From positions 172,320-236,319 of the forward strand of contig NMRA01000084.1 of NCBI GenBank assembly GCA_002633005.1: a stretch of 64,000 bases of DNA. The letters run 5' to 3'. The DNA comes from Phoronis australis. Taxonomy: Eukaryota > Animalia > Phoronida. Shown piece after piece: positions 12,601-23,464 of this stretch (positions are counted from its first letter, which is position 1; every line of letters begins with the position of its first letter). The notes under the pieces are model-generated. The model did no database searches, had not been told where the DNA came from, and saw only the letters and a list, made by a program, of their open reading frames with translations. Made by a program: the position numbers and the translations under genes.

Positions 12601-15600
12601 TTTCGAAAGAACCCTTGCCAACGTAAAGTCGCCATCAGATCTCTTTCGGGGGTCGAAAGTGCTGCAAGGTGTCATAACTTCCTCAATTTTGGCGACTAAA
12701 TCAACAGAAGCGCCACCGAATTACTCGTAACTGCTGACAATTGAAACCTGGCTAGTTTCTATGGCCGCCGTTTCTTCGAGTCCCCATACAGTAAGACGCC
12801 TGACGAAGAAGCTCAACCAGCGGCCATATTCTACTGTCACATGACCAACCACCTTAATGCATCTGTCTATTTTTTCCAGGATAAAATTTGGAACATCATC
12901 GACTCACAAATGACTGGATTTATTCATATGTAACTTTCGGACCTCATGCTTTATGCACGCACATCTCCAAAACGATGGAAGGATTCGTGCTTTAAAGTTT
13001 TCTACTTTCGCATGTGTGGCTATCAGAAACGAGGCTTTCTAATGTTCATGAAAAATTCAAAATGGCATGAATGAAACGAAAACGAATAATATTACATATA
13101 TAAAAGTACACCTAAGTTTTTGGAATATCACTTTTTGCAAACGCAATTCGGACTTGTACCTTTGCTAGTGAACGTATCGTTCTTATAGCTAAATTATAAT
13201 AAATCAATTGCAGATTGCTAATGAGCAGGGTTCTAACAGTCCCAAAATATATACCTTGACACGATTAAATTCTAAGCTTTTACAGCTTGCCTACTAAATG
13301 TAGAGACTTGTCGATTATTAGGTCCCACATATCTGCATAAATGACAAAAAACTGGTTATTTCACACAGAAATACATGTACCTCTGCACAGCAGAATTTTT
13401 GTTGTATTTTAATTTTCACTGTCCGTAATTAACTACATCGTATTCTATGCCTCTTTGTTACTTTTGCATTTAAAAAGGCTTTAGACAATAAACAAAACAC
13501 CGTTTGTTTGTTGTTGACAACTGTACAGTATCTAGGATAAGGTTTGTAGCGGTGTTGCTCGATTACTAGAAACTACGACCGATTAGTATTGGATGAAAAT
13601 AAACACCAGATCAGTACAGAAGGAGAGTGAGCTCATAAAAGTGGTGGTGGTATCGAGAGCGGCCATCAACGTGGATGATAGAAGATGATAGCGATGACGG
13701 GACCAACATGTGCCGCTGTTGGGCGGCCCAGTCTTCGTTGCTAAGTTATTCGGTCTCGTTTGCTGTAATGAATAATGGATGGGCTGAAGCCATCTAGACT
13801 CTAGGTACTATCCGCAGTTGGTACACGTACCTGTTACTTTTTGTTTATGCTCGATTAAAAAAACACCAGCCGTCAAACTCACCGACTGTTGCTGATGAAA
13901 TGGTGAAAAGCCGCGTGCCGAAAATCAATAGTTGACACATGACAACGTCCTGACGTCCTTGGGTTCCCGCATGGTCTGACGCGCAGTCGTTCTGTCGCCG
14001 AGCGCTTGTGGCTTCAGCGATAAAGGACTGGCGACAAATCTTTATGACAAGTTATTAAGATCTGTATCGATCATTTTGACGCTTTGTGCAACAAAAAATC
14101 AAGGGAACTCTCGCAATCCTGGGCTACCGTTGTACCGTCAGTATTGAATGGGACTAGGTCAAGTTGAAATTAGCGAAGTCGAGAAAAAAGTATCGAATTG
14201 ATTTATGGAGCGCAGTTGTATTGTAAACACTTTGCAAGACGCAGACTGTCAAACTCACATGTTTCCATTGCCTCTCTTGGCTTTCAAAGGACTTTTGGAG
14301 AGAGTGAAGACTTGGACAATATATGTGTGACATCCCTCAAGTAAAATGACACGTTTTGCCTCTGGTCGTATGCCTGTATTACAGAGCAGTCCCCTGATAC
14401 TTGCCTTAAATAAGAGATAGCTGACTACTTACGTTTTCTTGAAATATAAGGAGACGAACAAAACTACAGTTAGGTAACTCCGAGCCTCTTAAAGATATGC
14501 AAACAAACGGTTTCGATGGCGCAAACGTTATACTTGGACGCGTTGGCGGCGTACAGATTAGGGTACGCAGCTGTGTCTGCAGACTTCGAGTTTTAAAGAT
14601 TAGAACAAAATAGCCTTATGAGATTAACATTTAGTTTCTTAACCTAAATTATATATCGGTTGTTTAGGCTGGGAAAAATACAACATCCTAGTCATATTTG
14701 TGACGACAAAGCCATGAGTCGCGTAACTGCAATGTACGTCAGCCAAAATGGACGTAGATTTGGTATCATATCTGCAACGCCAGTGGACAGCTTACCCGCA
14801 GACAGAATAACGCTTGCTTAACTGACAGAGAACACGGAACTTGTGACGTTTGAAATAATATCATGAAACAGGTCTCAGAGTCTGCTTTACATATAGTGTG
14901 ATCACGCAAAAGTCTCCCAGTCTCGTTCAAGCCATCCTGACGTGTGCAACACAGACAGGAAATCAAACTACTCTTGATGGGTTTAATTTGCATAATATAG
15001 GATGTAATCACCAGCACACCGATTTTATTAAATTCATAATATAACTTTAGTGCCCTGTCAGGAAGTAATGAGTGGAACGTTATTTTAATGTCATTTGCAT
15101 AAATCATGAAAATATATCCTGCAAACTAATTTACATGAAGAGAAACGTCAATATCATTTACCTGTGGTGCCGGATAAAGGAACTACAAGCGCAAGTAGAA
15201 TTTTAAAATATTGCCGTCTTAATTTGCATAAATTACACGTCAACCTCACGATGTATCCACCAGGGAACCGGCTCCGAAATTTAGAATACGAAGATCGTGA
15301 AAACTTCAAATCAAAGTGCCTTTGATATGTAAGTTACAAGCTAAAACTGAATTTTGCATAATGCTTAACGGAAGCCACTTCAACACGTAACAACCAAAAA
15401 CCTCAATCTATCAGACATTTCTACGTCCCCATTTCTGGCTAATTGATTATTATTGTTCCGAAAGTTGATACAACATGGCGTTTTTCAGCATTTTCTCTTT
15501 GGGCACGACCTCAAACTTCAAAATACAACATCTTGACAAAAAGTGTGCGTTTGGATTTCGGACAGCCGAAACTGCTATTGTCAAAATGATGGGTGAGATT

Positions 15601-16670
15601 TTTTAAAAATCTTTCGTTATTGTTGATTTTTGAGTCACAATATTCCTAGAAAGGTTCTTAACACTGAACGTATTTTTGCGATAAAAGATAGCTCAAGTTC
15701 TAAAAAGTTTCTGAAAAGCTTTTTTGGCATTTTTATCAATGGTTTCATATGGAAAGAATGAGGGGGAAAGGACCTTTTCCCCATCGATGTACTTTTAAAA
15801 AGGCACTTTTCGAAAAAATCATAGTGTTGTGAATGATATGAAAAGATTCGACATCATTCTTAGTTTGTAGAAAGTATATACCCTACATAGACCGAGTGCG
15901 TGGGACTCAGATGCGAGGAGCTTGTGTTATCAATATGACGCCATATTGGAAAGTGTAACACAGAGCAAAATGGTGGACAACACTGAGAGCCTTACGGCAT
16001 CAGCCACGAAATCCGGGGGCTCGCACTCAACTCTTTGGCTGCAGGCATAACGAGTTAAGCCTGCAGCCAAAGAGATGAATATTTTCTTCCTGCCATTGAG
16101 TCATGGATTTTTTTAGTACGGCCATGGGGGTGCTGCCACTTGGTTTTCAGGTTCTGCCACCATAGTTTGAGCGGTGCGACCATGTGTCGTTTCCATCTCA
16201 GTCTTGTTTCCCATATCAGATCAATTAAAACATATTGAACGGCACATGGAGTTATCCAGTGAAAATGATGTTAACTGTACTCGAGAAAATATTTTGTATT
16301 GATGAAGTGTCTTGACTTGTATTGAAAAACAAGTGCATGGTTGAACTAATTTCTGGTCATCTATGTGAGTAAAATATTCCTTATTGAAACACATACTGCT
16401 TTAAAACCAATTTCTTAATATGTATTCCAAAATCAGATATTTTTCTGATGTGTCAAGACAAACAAATCCACAACCAGTACTTATGTCCAAGACGACATTG
16501 GGAAGTCTGTAGATTAGTACTGATTGCTAATAGCTCTTTGTTTTCTGACTTAAAAGGCTGCGCAAAGCGTGCATGGTAACCAAAACGTCAAACCCGTACG
16601 ACTGAATTGCCCACCAGTGCTATACCCAAAATGCAGAATTTCCCACTCGCAACCGAGTGGAAATCGACCA

Positions 16671-16866
16671 AACCCACCCGGTATAGAATCAAATAATTAA
16701 CCCACCCGGTATAGAATCAAATAATTAACCCACCCGGTATAGAATCAAATAATTAACCCACCCGGTATAGAATCAAATAATTAACCCACCCGGTATAGAA
16801 TCAAATAATTAACCCACCCGGTACAGCAGTAAGTAATTAACCCACCCGATATAGCATTAAGTAATG
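16671..16866 (+). repeat. 28-bp minisatellite (AACCCACCCGGTATAGAATCAAATAATT), 5 perfect plus 2 diverged copies
   Basis: Head-to-tail units at 16671, 16699, 16727, 16755, 16783, 16811 and 16839, with no spacers. Confidence 0.95.
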
Positions 16867-17924
16867 ACCCGTGAAAAAAATGACCCCGAGTAGTTCTTTC
16901 ACGGGGTCTAAACTTAATGTGAAGAATTTTCAAGCCATGGAAAATCACCTCACGTCCGTAAAAAACTTGTCCCGTCATTATTCAACGGTTCCCCGCAAGA
17001 GGGGGTTGAGATAATCACACATGGTACCCACAATAGATGATTTTTCAAAAAAAAGTTCGATACGCGGATGTATATGTCTGGGAGTGACCTATGTGAGGGG
17101 CGGAAAGAAATGTACATACCTTGCTTTTTCAGGATATGCCGCCTATTAGGCAGTGCAGGCCAGGATTGTGGTGTTTGGGAGTTGGGCAGGTCTGTTCACG
17201 AGCTAAAACAATTATTTTTTTTCGAACAGTCCTTCAATCAGTTGCCGAAATCGGCAACTGGCCATTTTTACACTACTCTCGCCAGGATATGATATATGAT
17301 TAGCTGCATAACGATTAATCCCAAAATACTTGGCACATGTTAAGAATCTTACCATCGCAGCCAAGTTTTCTTACTATCAAAGACAAGCTTGAATCCATGA
17401 GAGGGTCAAGCGTACATGTACGTGTGAGAATAATTTAAAATTTCTCACCTGATCGACGCACAGTTTGTATAATTATCAGATTAAGGCCGGAGAGGGAAAG
17501 GAGCGGTTAGAAATGATATGCGGGAGCGGGGCTCACCTTTTTGCGAGCAAATAATTACACGGTGTGGGGATATTACGCACGTCAAAAGTGAGTGGGTGCT
17601 TGATCGGGGGGGACTTCAGATCCATGAGAGAGGATTACGGTGCGTGGGAGAAGAATATTTGTACGCCGGGTGGCAATCCCCAACAATGCACAGGAAATGA
17701 AGTCTGTGTTTTCTTTGCTTTTTAACGTTAAAAACCTATCATTTATTTATATGACCCCATGGGATCACTTTTTTCAAAGTAGTTCACATTAAATCTAGAC
17801 CTCACTAAAAAGTGACCCGGGCCATATTTTAACATCAAAAAGTTACCCGGGGTCATAATTCAATTGTGTGAGAAGTTGACCCATAGGTAATTTTTCACGG
17901 CATCATTTAATTAATGCTACACCG
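16846..17924. mobile_element. Non-autonomous element with long imperfect TIRs and TGACCC subterminal repeats
   Basis: Left end CCGATATAGCATTAAGTAATGACCCGTGAAAAA versus reverse complement of right end CCGGTGTAGCATTAATTAAATGATGCCGTGAAAAA. Confidence 0.5.
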
Positions 17925-18502
17925 GTGTATACCTGGGGCGAAAGTACAATGTACGTACCACCCTTGTGAGCAGCACGTCTCTGTGTATCTGTGTATACTC
18001 CTAGATGTACTGTATTTGCTTCGAGTGACACGAATTAAATGATAAGCGTGCGCGATCTTACTGGTTTCTCTTGAAAAAAAAACTAATAGATCACTCGCTA
18101 TGGATTGACAAGTGTGCAGCCGCACAGGCCACTCGAGAATCTGCCACTGGTTGGGAATTTCTATCAGTTTGATATTTCCCTATGGTCTGATTAACTCTTA
18201 AAAACACATGTCCGTGCTACATCACATGATTTTATTTTCTAAAAAAACTCAAACTCTTCCGTGTTTTTGTATGTTAGATATAGCACTTTGCAAAGGGCAA
18301 TTTGCCCCGTTTGTTTACATGGCGAGTAATCGTGTCACGTGACTAGAAACAGTTTCCAATATGGCGTCATTTGACAGGATTATGACTGACGGCTTAACTG
18401 ACCAATCAAAATACAGCATTCTTGACACACCTTCGTCTGTATTTCCGAGCCATTTTACCAGACAAACAACGTCTTTGTCGGTAAAGCTTATTTTAGTCTA
18501 TA

Positions 18503-18666
18503 CATGGGCGGCCCACCATACGGAGCTGGGGGGAGGGGGGGCTATAGCCTCCAACGTTTTCAGTGCTCCGGCGCCCATGGTCTATAGGCGGTCCACCACA
18601 GGTGGGCTGGGGGTCTATAGCCCCCCACTTTCCCCTGTTTTTTCAGTGCAGCCGTCGCCGCCCATG
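18503..18666. mobile_element. GC-rich MITE, tandem dimer
   Basis: Termini CATGGGCGGC...GCCGCCCATG, flanked by CTATA on both sides. An internal end GGCGCCCATG at 18579 is followed by GTCTATA. Confidence 0.75.
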
Positions 18667-20380
18667 CTATAGCTCAAAAGTCGTGCGATGGAGAAATGGT
18701 GTTGATATGGTATGTATAGTTCTGACAGTAGTTATACAGCTCCAGAAGAACATCCCGTCATTTTTTTGGCATTCTCTAAGCCCAGAAATGTTATCGACTG
18801 TGTAAACGATGGATCGAACTGTGTGGACGACCACACGAGCAGCTAAACTTGCCGGGCAATGTTGCTGGATTACTCGAAGGTTAAACACAAATATATCAGT
18901 TCCAAGATATATCCTTTTCAGTTTGGTGGCTATACAGTAGGCCTATCTGATTTTGATTCCGGGGTTGCCTTTGTGTCGTCATCTGCTGGATCCCAGCATT
19001 AGTCTAGCTCCCGGAGATTTGTATTTAAGGACATTTTTAATATTTTACATTTATTTCAACCTATAATTGACACCCTTCTGTTTCGTTGAACAGATACATT
19101 TTTTGGAAAACCTTCTTAGAAATATCGCCAAAATCCCTAGGCTTGAATTTGTTTTTCACATGAAACGTAAAAATGATCTTTTTTGCCGAAAAACTCTACG
19201 TGTTTAAAACTTTCAACCACATGACGTGTAAAAACACGCTTGCGCAATGTAAAACGAACTCAGCTACATTTTGTTATAAGTTTTATCTCACTGAAATTTA
19301 ACAACTGTAAATTGCATTCAGCTTCCGTAACAACATTCAAGTTAAAATCTGATAAATGGTCTTTAAAGTTGTAACGTAAAACTTAACAGTCACAGTCACT
19401 ACGGCTTCCCCGCGTGTAAGTACAGAATTGACTTTGAGGCAGCAAAGCTAGACAGTCTTGAGTTGGGGTTCGTCTCCGTTTGAATGAACGTGGATATGGA
19501 ATTCGCCGCCGAAGATGTGTCCCTTTAAGAAGTTGTTTGCATGCCCTTCCGACTGGGAGTACGTTCAGTTGCGACACCCGATTTGCCAATCATATCCTTA
19601 TCACCTTCACGGAATTCCGGCATTGTTTAGTTACCACGCGTTTCGTTGTTGGTATAGGCCTAAGTGTTTTGCAGACGTTAAAAGGGATATGGATTTCTAC
19701 TTTGTGATATGTCCATATGATATCAAAAATTACGTACTCGGTGTTATTAACCAGTCGTGTCGTCACATATTCCAGGTCATGTGAGAAACAAACATTATTT
19801 TATGGCTTGATCGTTGCTAGCTGGCTAGATATTTCAAGACCAAGATATCATTTTCATTCGGGATACATGTACCTGTAAAATACATTTTCGGGTACACGGA
19901 TGAACACGCAGTTTTGGGATTATTGCAAGATGGTCAAACCGCCACCTATTGGCCAGAATAACGATAACGTCACAAGCCAAGCTGAAGTCCGTGAGATGCG
20001 GACGCAACGTCGCTAATATTCGTAAGTTTATATTCCAGTATTAGCCTCAAATTTTATCTGTTTTCTCAATTGGATGTCTCAAAATCTTTATGCTTTTAAG
20101 ATGGTATAAATTTTTTGAAGTTTATTTTACTTTACCCAGGAGAGTTATAAAGCAATATATCAGGGCAGTCGATTTAGGATCTGGAAGTGGAGCCATATCT
20201 TTCTATTCAAAATCGAGCTAGAAAATAATTAACCGTTTTCTGTTCTACTTTGAGCGATCTAACTTTAAGGAGGAGGCAACCTTTTCGTGTCACTTTTAGT
20301 CAAAATAAGATATGTTGATTAGCCCAGACACATGTTTCAGTTAATTACAGCTTCCCGTAATTTTATTAATTAGTCGTGCC

Positions 20381-20505
20381 CTACTCCGGAAGTGACGTTT
20401 AGGGTTTTTTTCCCACCATGCCTTCGAGTTTACTGTGAGGATCTTTTCCACTGGTGTTTTCGTGCTGGTTACCTAAACTTGTCGTCATCATTTCTCATTG
20501 ACGAG
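20381..20505 (-). repeat. Partial inverted copy of the right end of the 50388-51018 element
   Basis: Matches the reverse complement of ~50885-51018 (CCTACT.CGGAAGTGACGTTTAGGG...TTTACTGTGAGGATCT...TTTTCGTGCTGGTT). Confidence 0.7.
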
Positions 20506-21009
20506 TATTATACGACAAGCTAGGCTGTTAGAAAATTCAATTACGTTGGATTTAAGCATCGTTTAGTTTGTGGTAGCCTAAAAAGGCTGCACTTGACGAC
20601 CCATTGACGTGAGTAACGAAGACACTGTTCATAGGAGTGGTGACCAGGATTTTTCTCACGAAAATTCAATGTTTGAGCCCACGTAAGACACGCAGATAGC
20701 TGTTGAGAGGGTTGAGACTGAAGCTGAAGACAGACGTGGTGGGACATCTTGGTGCATATGCATGGCGTGTACTGTAATGTCGACCTCAATGGAATGCTTT
20801 TGCTGGTCCCACTAGATGATGACCTGAGATCCCAAACCGCGTACATTCCTCGGTGTGACCATAGACTATAGTACATGGACCGCCAACTCCGTATACTTTC
20901 AATGGACGAAATCTGTGAGCTTGCGCACAAGCCCTTACGTCATTATTCACTGGCGACACCTGGCTAAATTATCTGGTGTAATTTCCGGCAAGTACGTCGT
21001 CTGCTAATC

Positions 21010-21217
21010 ATGGTCGGCTGCTGTGTAGCCGGTTGTTCGCCTACGCAGGCGAAATGCAGAGGCGTTAGCTTCCATAGTGTACGGAGACCCCAAAATCCGC
21101 TGTGGGAGAAAAAGTTAATATGTTCTCGCGTCGACGTGAATTGAAGTTGTTCTTCCAAAAAAAACTTGTACATTTGTTCACGTCACTTCGAAGATGGGTG
21201 TTTTTTAAGAGGCTCTG
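21010..21217 (+). pseudogene. THAP-domain relic with a premature stop
   Basis: MVGCCVAGCS...GVSFH...W...N*...LYICSRHFEDGCF: the C2CH THAP signature, with TGA at a Trp position, ending at a G|gtagg donor. Confidence 0.75.
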
Positions 21218-21982
21218 GTAGGCCTACTACTTAATCCTGTCTTCACAAATCCATTTTTCTTTTCTCCGTTTTGATGAAAACTATCTGGTAAACTTTTTGA
21301 CGAAAAATGTCCGCTAAATTTCTTCCAATGGTAGTGACTGGTGAACTCTTGTCCTTACGAGGACCTTCAGCCATAGTCTAGTGAGCGAATTAACCAAATT
21401 ACTCTTAGGTGGCCCTGATCAGACGGTTGGTCTCAGCATAATGCGCAGATTTGGCCAGGATTTGGATCAGCGATTTCAACAAATTCACATTCGTGTACAA
21501 ATAAATAGGACGCTAGTAAAACCTTTAACATAAATAAAGATTACATTAATACTTCAGAAATAAATACCTGGACCTGTCAAAATCTATCCCGCAATTCAAC
21601 AGCAGGTTACATACTCAATTATTTATGTCGACTGTATGCCGCACAAAACTTGAACCATCTTAGCCAAGTACGCTGCAGTCTATGAAAATACCAGAATAAC
21701 GAAAAACCTCGGAAGCAAGGGAAATGAACCCTAAGAGGTAGCAAGCAAGATAAAGGGGGTGGTAGGGACGTGAAGCTGACGTGTGCTAATTTTCAATTTC
21801 ATACTTTTATGTGGCATTTTCATAATTTTGATTTGAGATGTCAACTCAGATCAAACGGTTTGAAAGTTCGGATTTTTAATTTGTAATGAACTTGAGTTGC
21901 ACTGCACGTGACCTTTTATGAATTTACCGTAGTTGGCTACAGACAGGCCCACCTTTATAAAAACTAGCAACGTAGACAAACG

Positions 21983-22139
21983 CATGCGCGCACCCAGGGG
22001 AAAAGTCCAAGAGAAAGAGACGAAAGTCCACAATACGGCAGCACCCCGTTTTTTATTTTAGTTCTCACGCTTTTTGTTAGCAAAAGGTCCACTTTGCCAG
22101 AGATTCGAGCCCCCGTATTAGAGGCTGGGTGCGCGCATG
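21983..22139. mobile_element. MITE with CATGCGCGCACCCAG TIRs and 5-bp TSD AAACG
   Basis: Perfect 15-bp TIR; AAACG duplicated on both sides. Confidence 0.85.
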
Positions 22140-22418
22140 AAACGTCTACACAAATTGCACCCAATGCAGCTCCTGGTTTAAACGCGGGCTTCTTTTTCAA
22201 AGTTTGGTCAGGTATAAATAACGCCACAAACATGGAGGTTCACTGAAACACGTCTACCTTACAGATGTGACAATCCCTAGCCACGGAAAACTTGAGAGGC
22301 CGACAAAAATACTAATGATGAAATACCGGTGATGATAATCATCCACTTTGTTAATTTACTTCACCTACACAATTGGAAATAGCCGCTAAAATGAAACTCA
22401 TTCGAGTAAGCACCACGT

Positions 22419-22561
22419 CATGCGCGCCACTCAGAGGGGGGGGGTTCGAGCCCCCCCCATTTGGCGAAGTGGGCAAAAAGGTCTGCCCGCTCTCTTGTTA
22501 ACAACAGTTCCATAACGTCAGGAATTCGAGCCCCCCATTTTGAAGACTGGGTGCGCGCATG
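22419..22561. mobile_element. Related MITE (CATGCGCGC...CTGGGTGCGCGCATG) with 5-bp TSD CACGT
   Basis: Same right TIR and TTCGAGCCCCC motif as 21983-22139; CACGT duplicated on both sides. Confidence 0.85.
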
Positions 22562-22733
22562 CACGTGAGTCCCTGGACAGCCCCAATATGGTAAAACCCA
22601 AGGAGCTCAAGTCGGGGTTAAATCAGGATGGGCATAAATAAGGAAATTTACTGTATCAACAGATTAGACAAATAAGAATAAGATACAAAGCATTGATACA
22701 GTGTACACGCGCACAATAACTGGGTCTATCAAT

Positions 22734-22772
22734 TTTCCCGCCGCAAGCGATTGAACCAATCGGATCACCAAT
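22734..22772 (+). promoter_or_regulatory. Candidate promoter: E2F-like TTTCCCGC plus two CCAAT boxes
   Basis: TTTCCCGC at 22734-22741; CCAAT at 22756-22760 and 22768-22772; about 290 bp upstream of the PHD-like ORF. The motifs are short and could occur by chance. Confidence 0.3.
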
Positions 22773-23058
22773 GGCGCAAACCTTTCGAAAACAAGCCTAA
22801 TTTTTAGGGAGTCTGTTACTGCTCTTTATATTTTCAAAACTTTAATTTGTTATAGTTAATTTATTTGCTGTGCACCTCAATGAGACCAGTTCATATATAT
22901 GCATTTAACACTATTAATACATTGTAAAATCATAGATTATGCACTATCAACATGAGCCAAAAACAGTACACCCCTTTATTAAAAAATGGGTTAAAGGTTA
23001 GAAACAAAGGACGAGAGCGTAGACAAGTTTCCATCACTTGCAACGTCGATTTTTTACG

Positions 23059-23376
23059 ATGGACGTTGGAGAAGAACATCAGTCTGGTGACAGCAACACG
23101 GAATCGTACGAAGGCGATGATTTTCGAAATTTGATTCGTTGTGTTGTTTGTCATTTTTTTCCTACAGTTCAGGATTATTTGTGGATACAGGAACAAGAAC
23201 TGAACGATGCAGGGTTCGTGACAACGTTGGTGAACGGTGATATCTATCTAAGGTGTTACAACTGTCATCGATATTGTCATCTCCTCTGTTTTCATCCAAC
23301 CTTTCCAGATGAAAACTTGAATGAAGAGGACCTTCAGTACTTGAGTGAGCATGGTATACTGTGTGATTTATGTTGA
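23059..23376 (+). CDS. Intronless 105-aa acidic protein with PHD-finger-like Cys4-His-Cys3 pattern
   Basis: ATG at 23059, in-frame stop upstream at 23020, TGA at 23374-23376. Ligand pattern C-x2-C (CVVC) ... C-x2-C-x4-H-x2-C (CYNCHRYCHLLC) ... C-x2-C (CDLC). Expression is unknown. Confidence 0.6.
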   Translation: MDVGEEHQSGDSNTESYEGDDFRNLIRCVVCHFFPTVQDYLWIQEQELNDAGFVTTLVNGDIYLRCYNCHRYCHLLCFHPTFPDENLNEEDLQYLSEHGILCDLC

Positions 23377-23386
23377 ATTATTCAAC

Positions 23387-23402
23387 GGTTCTTTTAAGAA
23401 CC
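23387..23402 (+). promoter_or_regulatory. Histone-mRNA-type 3' stem-loop 1 (GGTTCT-TTTA-AGAACC)
   Basis: 6-bp stem and 4-nt loop matching GGYYCT TTTH AGRRCC, preceded by CAAC and followed by A, 10 nt after the ORF stop. Confidence 0.7.
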
Positions 23403-23427
23403 ATTTCACGCTATACCTACAACCAAC

Positions 23428-23464
23428 GGCCCTTTTAAGGGCCACTCAACACTTCCCAGAAGAA
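23428..23464 (+). promoter_or_regulatory. Histone-mRNA-type 3' stem-loop 2 (CCAAC-GGCCCT-TTTA-AGGGCC-ACTCA) with purine-rich candidate HDE (CAGAAGAA, 23457-23464)
   Basis: Perfect SLBP-type stem-loop with the expected flanks. A purine-rich element lies about 14 nt downstream and resembles the sea-urchin HDE CAAGAAAGA. Confidence 0.75.

Noticed and set aside
16671-16866. 28-bp repeats as a CRISPR array
   Set aside because: The units are head-to-tail with no unique spacers, there are no cas genes, and the context is eukaryotic.
16977-16991. 15-mer ATTATTCAACGGTTC shared with 23377-23391
   Set aside because: A few shared 15-mers are expected by chance in 64 kb of AT-rich DNA, and no histone-type hairpin follows here.
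22570-23060. Histone gene or pseudogene upstream of the stem-loops
   Set aside because: No H1/H2A/H2B/H3/H4 motif was recognised in the frames inspected or in the ORF track.
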